Assembly (NCBI GenBank): GCA_008369845.1
Contig: MRSU01005082.1
Location: 1-52,483 of the forward strand
DNA length: 52,483 nt
DNA from: Trichomonas gallinae
Lineage: Eukaryota
Direction: 5' to 3'
Positions within the stretch are counted from its first letter, which is position 1; the number at the start of each line of letters is the position of its first letter. This document shows positions 12,025 to 22,604 of this stretch, in pieces. The translations under genes were made by a program, and so were the position numbers. The notes under the pieces are model-generated. The model was not told where the DNA came from. It saw only the letters and a list, made by a program, of their open reading frames with translations, and made no database searches.

Positions 12025-12475
12025 TATTTTTCAGTCTATCAGACGGTTGAACGATAGCAAAATTTTAGGAAAAATCTTAAAAGTGACATATGCTTTGAAA
12101 AGTTGAAAATTTGACATTTGACACTCGACATTTTTATCATTTGACATTTGATGCTTTACGATAAGTAATCTAATTCCAAGTTTTAGTTTACCGTAGGCCA
12201 TGCGTCTGCAAAATTTCGCGGCGTCTACGAATAGTTATGCAAACTTTATTTCACTTTTCAGGATATATGTAACTCAGATTAATAAAAAAAATTATATGAA
12301 ATCGTCGCCAGAAAAACATGTTAACATTGATCAGAAAGTCAATATTGGAAGTCTCTGCTTTGTATACAATATATATACAATAGGCTGCATCATAAAGTTG
12401 AAAATGAAAGAATATATATACAGTGATTTAGTACAAATAACAGGGGAAAAATTATAACAAAAGTGAGGTTCTGAA

Positions 12476-14200
12476 TTATCTCTTCTTAAGATTGTTAACA
12501 TAATCAATGAGCTTTTTTAATCTGTCTTTATACGATCCTGGAATAAAAACATCTTTTTTTGCACATTCTATGAATGTATCTTTTAATTCTTTGAGTTTTT
12601 CTTTGATAGCATTTACATCATCGCCGGGCTCAAGATTTTGCATTTTCCTTATAACCCATTCTGTTTCTATTTTTGCAACTTGAAACTTTGCAACTGGATT
12701 TGAAAGAGCAGCTAATTTCAACAATTTATAATCATGTGTGAGATTTGCGAGACGAACTAATGACTCACTTCGAAACTCATGATGAGTATTAGCGACTATT
12801 TCCTTGTAGAGATTTACATCTTCATATTCAAATGCATTTAAAAATTGCTCGAACTGTTCTGACGCTTTTTCTTTAACTATTTGAATATTTTCTTTACACT
12901 CATCATATTCTTCTTCTGCTTTGTAATCAGAACCTTCTTCTGCTTGAAAATCTTGATCCATATCATCATCATTTTGATTTTCTTGAGCTATATTATCATC
13001 ATTTTGATTTTCTTGAGCTATATCATCATCATTTTGGCATGCTTCTTCTATAGTTTGGCTTGTTTCTTCTTCATCATTTTGATTGTCGTTATTTCCACTT
13101 AACATGAATGCAAAATATTTTCTAAATTCAGTTAGATTATTATTAAATCCTTCGTACTCTTTAAGAAGCTGTAGGGCCATATATCTATCTCTGGGGACAC
13201 CTATACCTGTCCATAATGCATTTATTCGTTGAAGCTCGGAACTGAAATTATTATTTCGAGTCCCTTCTTTAATTTTTTCAATCCAGGATGATTTAGAATC
13301 TTCGAATGAGAATGACGATTTGTTGTAATACTTTTTTGTCGTTTCTTTTTGTGTTTGTTTGTATTCAATCAATAATTCTTGATATTTCTGCTTTTCTCCA
13401 GTTTCATCAGGAGCCTTTTCAATTAATTCATTGACAATGCTCAGCATTGATGGGCGTTCAAGTATATCAGTTTTAATACAACGACGGATAAGATCTATAA
13501 AATTAAAATTATTAAATCTGGCTTCATTTACTAGTCCTACTAAACTTTTGCTGTCTTTAGAATTAAATTCCGACAATTGGTCGTCGTTCAGCTGCTTTTT
13601 GAATAAAAATTTTCCATATTCCCAAATATCGCATGTTGAACTGTAGTAAGCATCCTTTAATTCTGGAGCACATCTGGGTAGTTCTTGTTGAGTCTTAGCA
13701 ACGGGATCATCTCTTCTTGCATTATTTAAAAATCGAATCAAATAAAACGATGAACTATCAAATTCGGCAGTTTCCATATAACGGATTATGATGTTATTTT
13801 GATGGTAAAAGAACAATAAAAACGCTATATCGAAATATTTTTGAATATCAGAATTCTGTTTATCTTTTTCGCCACGTATGATCCATAAGTAATAGTTACA
13901 TTGAATAGACCCGCATTGCTCAGATATGATTGTTTTAATACTGTCTTTAATATCTTTTGATATTTCTTCATTGTCTAAATAGTTTGCGAGATCAAGAATA
14001 CCGAATTTTGTGACTATATCTGTGTCAGTCGGTCGCTTAAGTCCTATTTTCAAGGCATCGAGGATTCGCAAAAGTTTTTCGATGCTTTCAGTAGGAATGA
14101 AGTATATATTATTCAAGCTTGATTCATCTAAAGGTTTGGATGTGTCTTCCAATTGTTTATTTTTGATCTCTTTTAGGTTATCAAAACGCGATAATGTCAT
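12476..14200 (-). CDS. Degenerate kinase C-lobe plus Sel1-like repeat protein (pseudokinase-like)
   Basis: RCAPEL..YSSTCDIWEYG..DLIRRC....ERPSM correspond to kinase subdomains VIII-XI. No HRD or DFG is seen. LWTGIGVPRDRYMA resembles a Sel1 repeat. Confidence 0.55.
   Translation of the reverse strand: MTLSRFDNLKEIKNKQLEDTSKPLDESSLNNIYFIPTESIEKLLRILDALKIGLKRPTDTDIVTKFGILDLANYLDNEEISKDIKDSIKTIISEQCGSIQCNYYLWIIRGEKDKQNSDIQKYFDIAFLLFFYHQNNIIIRYMETAEFDSSSFYLIRFLNNARRDDPVAKTQQELPRCAPELKDAYYSSTCDIWEYGKFLFKKQLNDDQLSEFNSKDSKSLVGLVNEARFNNFNFIDLIRRCIKTDILERPSMLSIVNELIEKAPDETGEKQKYQELLIEYKQTQKETTKKYYNKSSFSFEDSKSSWIEKIKEGTRNNNFSSELQRINALWTGIGVPRDRYMALQLLKEYEGFNNNLTEFRKYFAFMLSGNNDNQNDEEETSQTIEEACQNDDDIAQENQNDDNIAQENQNDDDMDQDFQAEEGSDYKAEEEYDECKENIQIVKEKASEQFEQFLNAFEYEDVNLYKEIVANTHHEFRSESLVRLANLTHDYKLLKLAALSNPVAKFQVAKIETEWVIRKMQNLEPGDDVNAIKEKLKELKDTFIECAKKDVFIPGSYKDRLKKLIDYVNNLKKR
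12960..13036. repeat. 30-bp coding tandem repeat (about 2.5 copies, QNDDDIAQEN)
   Basis: TATCATCATCATTTTGATTTTCTTGAGCTA at 12961, a one-mismatch copy at 12991 and a partial copy at 13021. Confidence 0.9.
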
Positions 14201-14315
14201 ATATATATAAATTTGTCATGTAAAATGTTTCTGCCATGTAATTGATTTTACGAACAGATTTAAAAAAAATAGTTTGAAAGAAAGAAAAATAGATTTAAAT
14301 AAGACTAATACTAAA

Positions 14316-16070
14316 TTAACATAATCCAGATTCATCAATCATACCGATAGCAGTGTATGCTTGTTTCTTCAGTAGAACTAAAAGAGCATCGATAATTTCC
14401 TGCCCTTCATAAGTTTTTCCTTCAACGAATTCATCATTCATTCCAGTGAAAGTGCTTTGCGTCAATTGCTTGATAATGCTTATCATATTTGACTTTGCCT
14501 TTTCGCCTTTAGCGGAAGATCCGCCAGCAACAGCTTTATTATACTTCTCTTCAAGGCCTTTCATAATATTTTCGTTCTCATTAAGCCTCCTCTTGTAGCG
14601 CTGGGTTTCAGCTAACGCTTCATTATATAATCTTTGTGATTCATTGCTAGTGGAAGATTTTTGGCGGGCCATTTCAACTTGCTTTGTTAAAGATTCGAGT
14701 TCTGAGTCTGCGACTTTGAGCTGAGCAACCATTGTTGCTACGGATCTTGCAATTGCATCAGGACTCTCTAATTTAGCATCAGTTAATTTCGATAAATGTG
14801 ATTTGATGCTCTGCTCGACTTCCTTAACAGCATCATCGTTTGCTGGTGAAGAGTTATCCTCAATAGCCTCTTCAATCACTCTCTTTCTCTCAGGAATTGC
14901 TGGAGGCTTTGTTCTTTCTGAAATAACTTGTTTTGGTTCTTCGACGGGTTCTGGCTGTTTCTGAGCAGCTGAAGATGTTTTCTCTTCTCTCTGTGTTACT
15001 TCTTCCTTTGGAGTATCTGTTGATTCTGACTCTTCTTGCCTCATTCTTTCTTCTTCCTGTCTCTGACGCTCTTCTTCCTCCTTTTGCTTCTTTTTAGCTA
15101 AAATAAGCGGAATACCTGCATGAACAAATGGGGATGCATGGCCGATCTTCTTAAATTTAGCAATTTTGGCGGCAAACGAATTTGCAGCTGGTTCAGGTTC
15201 ATCTGCATTGGTATCAGTGCCACTGCTTTCTGGAACATCTGATGCATTATCTCCTTCCTCGTTTTCGTCATTTTCTGATTTTTCATTTTCTTGAGGCTGA
15301 GCGGCTGGTTCTTCATCATCAGGCTCTTTTCCTGCAGGGGCTTCACGTCTGGATGGAGATTCTTGAGCAACTGCGTGTGAAGGTCTCTTTGTTTCATCTT
15401 TGAATTTAGAATTGAGAATCTGAACTATGTAAACAACTGGCTTACTTGGAATCCATGATTCTTTTGAGCCAGATGATGTCCCGAGCATGTTTTCGGGTAC
15501 AAAAATTACTCTTGTTGAACCTGTCGACATTCCTTTGATTCCATTAAATAGGCCAACAGGCATCTCGTCGGGCGATAATGTTGCTTTGTCTCCATCAACT
15601 GAATTTAATAAATTGCCAATTTTTGGAAAATTGTCCAATGGATAAGCCGAGTACGAAATTTTAACGATATCGCCTTCAGAAAGCTCGGGACCTGGTTTTT
15701 GGAACGCATCGTAGAAAGAAAGTTGTTTGATCGAAGTGCATGATAAGTATAAACCAATTTGAGCTGTAGCCATATTCGCTGTTGCAACATCTGCAAACTG
15801 AGCAATCATTTGTTTCCTCTCATCTAGGAAATATCCATAAACATCTTTTTGGAGGTTCCATTTTAATTTGTTTGTGATTTGTAAATCGATTAATGGATGA
15901 GCTCCTTGCTTAGATATAATTAACTTTAAAACACGTGCCATGCTCATAATTTGAAAATTAAATGTTCCTTGAGATTTATTTTCGCGGGTTGCAGGTATAT
16001 ATTCGAACACTTGGACGGGCTGGTTAAATATTTCCAGGCCGGTTATCGATCCTTTTCGCGCCGCAGCCAT
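14316..16070 (-). CDS. FKBP15-like protein (EVH1/PH-like N-terminus, degenerate FKBP domain, coiled coil)
   Basis: GPELSEGDIVKISYS...GLFNGIKGMSTGSTRVIFVPENM...VVYIVQI matches the FKBP fold. An acidic linker and C-terminal coiled coil follow. First ATG is at 16070. Confidence 0.65.
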   Translation of the reverse strand: MAAARKGSITGLEIFNQPVQVFEYIPATRENKSQGTFNFQIMSMARVLKLIISKQGAHPLIDLQITNKLKWNLQKDVYGYFLDERKQMIAQFADVATANMATAQIGLYLSCTSIKQLSFYDAFQKPGPELSEGDIVKISYSAYPLDNFPKIGNLLNSVDGDKATLSPDEMPVGLFNGIKGMSTGSTRVIFVPENMLGTSSGSKESWIPSKPVVYIVQILNSKFKDETKRPSHAVAQESPSRREAPAGKEPDDEEPAAQPQENEKSENDENEEGDNASDVPESSGTDTNADEPEPAANSFAAKIAKFKKIGHASPFVHAGIPLILAKKKQKEEEERQRQEEERMRQEESESTDTPKEEVTQREEKTSSAAQKQPEPVEEPKQVISERTKPPAIPERKRVIEEAIEDNSSPANDDAVKEVEQSIKSHLSKLTDAKLESPDAIARSVATMVAQLKVADSELESLTKQVEMARQKSSTSNESQRLYNEALAETQRYKRRLNENENIMKGLEEKYNKAVAGGSSAKGEKAKSNMISIIKQLTQSTFTGMNDEFVEGKTYEGQEIIDALLVLLKKQAYTAIGMIDESGLC

Positions 16071-16199
16071 GAAATAAAAAACAAATGAGGTGAAAACTGA
16101 CAAAATTTAGCTCAATTTTGGTGGATTAAGGTATGGGCATCATGAAACCATTTGGCTGCGGATTTTGCTCCATTAACACACGAGAGCAATGAAATAGCT

Positions 16200-16600
16200 C
16201 TGAAATTCATGAGAACTAATTTGATATCAGTGTTTTTCATTAGGAACACATGCATTTTATCAGCAAATATCACCATAAAATTGCATATTATATCATAGAT
16301 TTTGGAGATTTAAAACAATACATTCTTATATTTATGAGAATATTTGATCTTAGAGTTTTTCATTAGTAATGAATATATTTTATCTGCAAAAATAAATTTA
16401 GTAAGTCAAGTAATATCATATTTTTGGAGATTTTGAGCAATATATTAATATATTGTGAGAAAATTTGATACTAAAGCTTTTCATTAGTAATGAATATATT
16501 TTTCCAACATATATATACTTGGCAAGGTAGATTATATTATAGATTTTGGAGATTTAATAAAATTCAGTTTATATTATTTGCAGATTTGATATTTCATGAA
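16200..16600. repeat. Degenerate ~122-bp tandem array (about 3-3.5 copies)
   Basis: TTTTGGAGAT at 16300, 16422 and 16544; TTTCATTAG at about 16235, 16358 and 16479. Confidence 0.75.
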
Positions 16601-16847
16601 TTTGCTATATAATGATGTATATTATAACATATAACAAAATTATATTCTATATAGCATATAACTATATGCTAAATTTAAATTATTTCGTAAAATTAAATTT
16701 ATTTTGATATTTGAACGATAAATAGGAACTGTATAAGGAAAAATAGTATTGTTAAACTGATAATGATTATATTATGATGTGTAATGAAAAATACACAAAA
16801 TGCTAAATATAATTTTATTACAAAGTCAACAAAATAGAAATAATTAC

Positions 16848-18152
16848 TCACTTACGGGATATGAAACCATTTCTAATATAGAACATCAAATAAACATCCT
16901 CTTTCAAAACTTCCGAGATATCTGTTTGTTTGATAATCGTGTCATTGCAGCTAAACCATCTTCCATTCCTCTTGACGCTGGCCAGGTAGTGGCCAAGGTC
17001 GCCACCCTTTGGACGAACGACAGTGGATATGAGGCTGTATTTAGCTCCATCGATGTGCCTCTTTAATTCTGGCTCTACGAACTTGTCGAGGTCGAGGACT
17101 TCTGAGATCTTGATGTTTGCAAGGTTTCTGCTTTCGTTTGACGTTCTAACAAGCGCAACGGATAATGTTTGTGGCAATGTGTGGAAAAAGTACTGCTTCT
17201 TGGCTGAATGGCCGCAGGATTGGCAAGTCATAGGGGACTCACCGGAGAGGAACTGCGAAATGGCCTCTTCTAATGAGTTTGATGTTGCAATTGGAATCAT
17301 TAACATTGATTCTGGGGCTAAAAGCGTTTGCGATTGATCACAGAACTCGCAGCTTTCAACAATATGGAATTTCCAATTGAATATGTCGCCAAATTCATGG
17401 GAATCAAATTTTGCTTGGTAAAAGTCATCAAGGGATGTACGTAAGCGCATGAAAAATTCTTGAGAGTCTTTCTGTTCCGTTGAGTTGAGGTCTGGATACA
17501 AAGCATTGATGCAAAACAGGAAATCTGAGATAACAAAATTTCCTCGTCCGTTTGTAGCGAGCATCATCTTGTATAACATTTTGTGTACTGCAGCAATTGG
17601 TGAATCAATTTCATCCAGCTTGTATTTGCCTGATAAAAACCATTTTTCGATGAGCGGATGGGCCATTAAGCATTGAAGAATGGAATTAAGCCAGCAAGTA
17701 TTGCCGAGATTTTGTAATTGCATGGGTGTTCGCTGTTTAGGAAGAATTGACGTCTGTGGGTCGAGATTTGCAGACATTGGCATTCCATCAACGACAGCAA
17801 GCTTTGCAGATACGACAAGTCTGTCAATACGTGGATCAAATATAAATCTTCGACCTAATTCTTGCGAAAAAGTAAATAACTGCTGTGTTTGAATATCAAT
17901 TCCGAACGGATTCTTGCATGGATGCTCTGCTAGATGCTCCAAACAGAATATATTTCCGCATGATAGGCATATGGATAGATTTCTTGGCTTTGTCTGGCAA
18001 ACGGTGCACATAAACGCAGAACATGGTAAAAATCTCGAAGGAAAAATTGATTTTTCCCATATTAGACGCTGAGCTTGAATGAAAGTATTCTTTACATTGC
18101 CAGATTTCTCGAATATCTTCAAAAGCTCGCCAATCTCAGTATCTTCTATCAT
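16848..18152 (-). CDS. Ubiquitin-specific protease (family C19) with N-terminal ZnF-UBP, Ubp8/USP22-like
   Basis: Cys box LQNLGNTCWLNS, EQKDSQEF, His box GHY and WFSCND are present, plus an N-terminal CxxC..CxxC..C..H..H zinc finger. Confidence 0.88.
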   Translation of the reverse strand: MIEDTEIGELLKIFEKSGNVKNTFIQAQRLIWEKSIFPSRFLPCSAFMCTVCQTKPRNLSICLSCGNIFCLEHLAEHPCKNPFGIDIQTQQLFTFSQELGRRFIFDPRIDRLVVSAKLAVVDGMPMSANLDPQTSILPKQRTPMQLQNLGNTCWLNSILQCLMAHPLIEKWFLSGKYKLDEIDSPIAAVHKMLYKMMLATNGRGNFVISDFLFCINALYPDLNSTEQKDSQEFFMRLRTSLDDFYQAKFDSHEFGDIFNWKFHIVESCEFCDQSQTLLAPESMLMIPIATSNSLEEAISQFLSGESPMTCQSCGHSAKKQYFFHTLPQTLSVALVRTSNESRNLANIKISEVLDLDKFVEPELKRHIDGAKYSLISTVVRPKGGDLGHYLASVKRNGRWFSCNDTIIKQTDISEVLKEDVYLMFYIRNGFISRK

Positions 18153-18720
18153 TAATATTATAATTATATTTTATGACATGTAAATTCGTTATTGTTTTGT
18201 AAAGTTCAAATTTGTCATGTAAACTCTATTTAATGAATATATTGATTTGAGCAATCATAATTATAGATTACTTTTGAAATGTATATTGTATAACTAGAGG
18301 CTCTAGTGGAGCTGAAATTATTATAGACAAGAGAAAGCATGTTCTCATCTTTAATATTTGTTTTTTCGATCTTCACATATACATATGATATTTCCACAGC
18401 TCACACTAATCATATAACTTTCAATTATATCAGATTCATTCAGTTAATCTCAATAATTAGATGAGATAATATTAAAAATTAAAGAAATCTTACTGGATTT
18501 AAAAATAACGCACAGATTCACTTGAATTAGATGTAGTATTCTAAAAACGAATTTTGGCCTGAGATTTAAATTATCCAAAGCCAAAATCGAAAATAATAGT
18601 TTATTTATGTAAGTAAACATAAAGTTTCGATTGAATTTCATCAAAAACTGACTGTTTTTTGATTTTATTTTTCAAAAAAAGAATTTGTATAAAGAAAAAA
18701 AGTTGCTGCTTGCAATCAGT

Positions 18721-19143
18721 TTATGCGAATCCGATTTCAGTAGCGATGTTCATAGCCTCGACATCAGCTGGAAGACGGATGTAAGCCTTCTTGACGAACT
18801 TGGATGTGATAACAGTGCAAACCTTGACTGGCTTAACCTTGTAAAGGCGGTTGAAGGCAGCAGCGATCTCTGTCTTTGTAGCCTTGATATCGACCCAGAA
18901 TGTCATTGTGTTCTCACTCTCGATCTTAACTGTGGATTTGTCGGATGTGACTGGGCCACGGATGATCTTGTAGTCGTTGCGCTTGAGAGAAACTGGCTGG
19001 ACGGCCTTATGTTCATAAGCTGGGCGTCTTGGAAGGACCTGAGCAGCCTTCTTACCGAACTTTGTGAAGTTGCGTGTCTTTGTGACCTCCTTCTTCTGGC
19101 CCTGAGCGAGAGTCTTAGCAGCAGCTTGAGCTTTGCCTGACAT
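18721..19143 (-). CDS. RPL23A: 60S ribosomal protein L23a (uL23); true start MSGKAQ at 19143
   Basis: YKIIRGPVTS.K....IESENTMTFWVDIKATKTEI..A...LYKVK..KV.T.I....KKAYIRL. Strong codon bias, and CCTTT lies immediately before the ATG at 19143. Confidence 0.95.
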   Translation of the reverse strand: MSGKAQAAAKTLAQGQKKEVTKTRNFTKFGKKAAQVLPRRPAYEHKAVQPVSLKRNDYKIIRGPVTSDKSTVKIESENTMTFWVDIKATKTEIAAAFNRLYKVKPVKVCTVITSKFVKKAYIRLPADVEAMNIATEIGFA

Positions 19144-19145
19144 CG

Positions 19146-19166
19146 AAAGGCCCGACCATAACCGCT
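19146..19166 (-). promoter_or_regulatory. Trichomonad core promoter: M3-like AGCGGTT plus M5 CCTTT
   Basis: Minus strand reads AGCGGTT ATGGTCGGG CCTTT CG ATG. From recall, the M3/M5 pair is described for T. vaginalis ribosomal protein genes. Confidence 0.7.
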
Positions 19167-19199
19167 CTATCGTCCTCATCAAAATTTGCTGTTTCCGCA

Positions 19200-19550
19200 G
19201 AAATACGGCATATTTCAGGCACATTTATGCTGAATATTTGATATTTTTGTTCAGATTTTAAAATTGAAAAATCATTGATGAAATTTCGTGTCTATTCTAG
19301 TTTTCTACATCTATCAATGCATATTTTATGCACATTTATGCTGAATATTTGATTGTTTTGCGTATATCTTTAAATTAAAAAATCTTTGATGAGATTTCGT
19401 GTCTTTGCTAGTTTGCTTATTGTTGTAATACATATTTTCGTCATTTTCAGGCTGAATACTTGATATTCATGCTTAGATTTTTAATTTGATAAAACATTGA
19501 TGAAATTTCTTGGCTTCACGAGTTTTCTACTTATAGAATTACATATTATC
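19200..19550. repeat. Degenerate 111-bp tandem array (3 copies) upstream of RPL23A
   Basis: GCTGAATA at 19229, 19340 and 19451, each followed by TTGATGA(A/G)ATTTC and AGTTT blocks. Confidence 0.8.
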
Positions 19551-19731
19551 GGATATATATATTTAAATAAGCATATATTAATTCCAATTTGAGATCTTTT
19601 TGAATATATTTTATGAATGAATCACAAACAAAAGAATATTTTATTTATTGGTCTCTATTAGTCAAAATTTCGGTTACATTATGAATTTAAATAAAATATT
19701 ATCATTTTGGATTCAAAATTATTTGTTAATA

Positions 19732-19734
<3 letters not shown>

Positions 19735-19766
<32 letters not shown>

Positions 19767-19773
19767 TATATAT
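19735..19773. repeat. (TA)n microsatellite
   Basis: Run of TA dinucleotides with one interruption. Confidence 0.9.
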
Positions 19774-19858
19774 AGGGTGGAAGGAAGTGCCAATACAATT
19801 CGTAATTTAATATTTATTATAATAAATAGAACAAATCCTGGAAAAAAATATAAAAAGC

Positions 19859-21256
19859 TTAAGCATCTTCAGGAGCTTCAATAACTAAAGTGTTTGGATC
19901 GGTTTCAATGCCGAATGGATTATCTTCTTCGATTTCATCGCCGACTTGGACATATCCTGATTGAAGGCCATCTGTTGGAGTATGAGCACGATCCATAATA
20001 AGACCATACATAATAGCGAAAATGTGTGGAAGCATTAAGTTAATTGTTGTTCCCTGAATATATGTGAAGTAATTAGAGAAATGTAAAGCCATAAATGCTA
20101 AAGATATAGGAATTGTTGAAACACAGTAGTAGTTAAATCTATCTGTTTGTGGATGTGGTTCACCTTCCTTGTTATCCTCCGATTTCGGAGTGATTGATAT
20201 TCTGGCAACTATAATGCAAATAACAAGAACTACGTGGTATATGCAGTATATTATTATATGTACCATCGTTGTTTCTGAGGAATTATCTGGATGAGAATTC
20301 ATGAAAGAGATATCATGACTTCTTGGACTGACCATGTCGAATGCCATTGCTGCTGATGTTAGAATGATTGAAGTTAAGAATGCAACTAAGAATCTTTGTA
20401 CGACTGGTTGATCTCTTTCAGAACCAATAAAAGAGAAGATCGCGATTGTGTAGAAGAAGAAGTATCCGAAATAAATATCTCTTAAAAAGCATGTTTCGAT
20501 TTTGAATGGCAAGATTTGGAATAAATTACCAACAGATAATGGATCGAACATGAAAATAGAGAAGAAGAGAAGTAAAGCGGTGAGTTTTTGAAGCAATGTT
20601 GGTCTAAAAGATCCGAAAGATTTTGATATAAATATTGTAACTAAGCAAAGGAAAGATGATGATGCCATAACTTTTGTAATAGCATAAACAAGTATGAAAT
20701 TCGGGTCACTTGATTCCCAAATTAGAGTAAATGTTTCTGTAATCTGTCTTTCTGATAGGAAAACGAAATTGACATTGATTGAATCATAATCAATCCTCTT
20801 GTTATGATATATCTCGATTGCACTAGTTGACCAGTTAATTGGAGAAGCAAATAAGTTGGTTTCATTTATATGTGCCTCATGAGTACGAAGAATTTTGCCT
20901 AATTTCTTGCAAGTAATGCTGACTTTGCCTGAAAATGAAACTGAGCGATTTAAAACTTCATCAAATCTATAAGATATTTTCATGTATTCGGACATCGGTT
21001 TTACATTGGAAACATAGCTTTCTATTGCATGTAGATTTGTGTCCTTGTTATATGTGAGCTTATCTGACTGGATGATTTGCTGTGCTGGAGATGGGGCCAT
21101 AACACAGAGAAGAAGAGAAAATATGAAAATCAAAATTGGTAAAAATGATATGAAACCGCAGTGGTGGGTGATTGGGAAGTCGGAGACATAAGAAATGTCT
21201 TCGTCTTGGAAGTTATTCACCTCAACATTGGTGAAATCTTTCAATTCACTAAGCAT
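19859..21256 (-). CDS. Multi-pass membrane protein, TMEM181/Wntless-like
   Basis: One N-terminal TM, a ~140-aa lumenal beta-rich loop, then about 7 TM helices (LQKLTALLLFFSIFMFDPL) and an acidic tail. Confidence 0.55.
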   Translation of the reverse strand: MLSELKDFTNVEVNNFQDEDISYVSDFPITHHCGFISFLPILIFIFSLLLCVMAPSPAQQIIQSDKLTYNKDTNLHAIESYVSNVKPMSEYMKISYRFDEVLNRSVSFSGKVSITCKKLGKILRTHEAHINETNLFASPINWSTSAIEIYHNKRIDYDSINVNFVFLSERQITETFTLIWESSDPNFILVYAITKVMASSSFLCLVTIFISKSFGSFRPTLLQKLTALLLFFSIFMFDPLSVGNLFQILPFKIETCFLRDIYFGYFFFYTIAIFSFIGSERDQPVVQRFLVAFLTSIILTSAAMAFDMVSPRSHDISFMNSHPDNSSETTMVHIIIYCIYHVVLVICIIVARISITPKSEDNKEGEPHPQTDRFNYYCVSTIPISLAFMALHFSNYFTYIQGTTINLMLPHIFAIMYGLIMDRAHTPTDGLQSGYVQVGDEIEEDNPFGIETDPNTLVIEAPEDA

Positions 21257-21258
21257 TT

Positions 21259-21266
21259 GTCACTTT
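21259..21266 (-). promoter_or_regulatory. AAAGTGAC motif 2 nt before the ATG (also at 378-385, 12080-12087, 35714-35721, 36904-36911)
   Basis: The same octamer recurs close to several start codons. It matches my recollection of the T. vaginalis M2 motif. Confidence 0.55.
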
Positions 21267-21866
21267 TTTAGAATATGAAATCTTTTTTGTCATGTAAATT
21301 ATTTTGGCATGTAAATAGATTTGACATTTATATTTTTTGACATGTAAAATCTCTTTGATATCATTCTAGAAATCTATCATACCTTTATTATGATTAACTA
21401 TCGTTTTTTCCTTTCAAACGAATTTTGCTCTTAATTATTGTTATATATCTGCAATATATTATTTTTGCTCTTTTTTAGATATTCTCATTTGAAGCTCATT
21501 AAAATCACATGGGTATAACACTGTGATGTGAGTTTGATATTAAATTTCAAAAAAATGTTTTGATCAAGAAATATTATCAATATGTCTTCAATACAGCATA
21601 AGGAAAAGTGATACTATTCATATAAAAATAATTCTCGGCTATACACTTTCAAACTATCTCAAAATTTCATTTCGAAAAATAATATCATCAATATATTTTG
21701 ATTTGCATTGTATATCTTGACATGTTTGCAGAATTGAGAGTGTACTTTATCAAAAAGCAGCCGTGTTAAATGAATTCCAATGGAAATATATTTAAGAGCA
21801 TGAAAAATTAAATCAAATAATTATATATATCGACAGCAGTAACGTACGGTCGAAACTGAGATAATA

Positions 21867-22604
21867 TTAGTTGAAAAAGAAACTAGGCAATAATTGGCGT
21901 TGATCGACAGACGGCAAATCTTCGGTCATAACTGGTGGAGGAAGTATATAATTACCGCTCAAACGCGTTTCGTCAGCATATCTAACGTGAATTGGTTTTG
22001 TGCCTTCGACAACGATTTTATTATTCATGAAATGCATAGCATTTGTCGCTTCTTCTTGTGTTGAATATTGAATAAAGCATCTCCAGCTCTCGTTATCGAG
22101 GGAAACTACGGAGTGTTGAACACTTTGAATGATCAAACCATATTGACCAAAAAGACGTCTAACGTCATCCATATTTATGGAGTTGGGGAGCTTCTTAATG
22201 TAGAGCATGCACGACACAGTTTCATGGCGTTCATGACTCTCTGCGTATTTTGCGAGAAGTTTCTTGTTTCCAATAACCATTCCATCTATTCCACGGATAG
22301 CAGCTGCAGCTTGTGAAAGCTCTCGAAAACGGACAAAGCCAAAACATCTGGATTGACCTGTTTCGAGATTAATCATGATCTTGCAGCAAACAATTTCACC
22401 ATATTGAGAGCATAATGCTTTGAGGTCATCTTGATTGAAACTCGGTGGAATATAATTTATGAAGACATTTGTTGAAGGTTCGATTGTTTGTGATCTTGTT
22501 TTTTTCGGCTGAAGGCGATCTTTTACAAAAGCCTCCGATTTTGGCCTCTCCATCCTATTTACCCTGCGGCGGGGGGCTGGAGCAAGACTTATATTTTCGG
22601 ACAT
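21867..22604 (-). CDS. Two-RRM RNA-binding protein (ELAV/RBMS-like)
   Basis: RNP2 NVFINYIP and RNP1 RCFGFVRF; second RRM LYIKKLP...CFIQY. Confidence 0.9.
   Translation of the reverse strand: MSENISLAPAPRRRVNRMERPKSEAFVKDRLQPKKTRSQTIEPSTNVFINYIPPSFNQDDLKALCSQYGEIVCCKIMINLETGQSRCFGFVRFRELSQAAAAIRGIDGMVIGNKKLLAKYAESHERHETVSCMLYIKKLPNSINMDDVRRLFGQYGLIIQSVQHSVVSLDNESWRCFIQYSTQEEATNAMHFMNNKIVVEGTKPIHVRYADETRLSGNYILPPPVMTEDLPSVDQRQLLPSFFFN

Noticed and set aside
19144..19224. N-terminal extension of RPL23A given in the ORF track
   Set aside because: It overlaps the M3/M5 core promoter. The ATG at 19143 gives a normal uL23.
16200..19550. Tandem arrays read as CRISPR-like
   Set aside because: The units are degenerate along their whole length with no repeat-spacer structure, there are no cas genes, and the context is eukaryotic.
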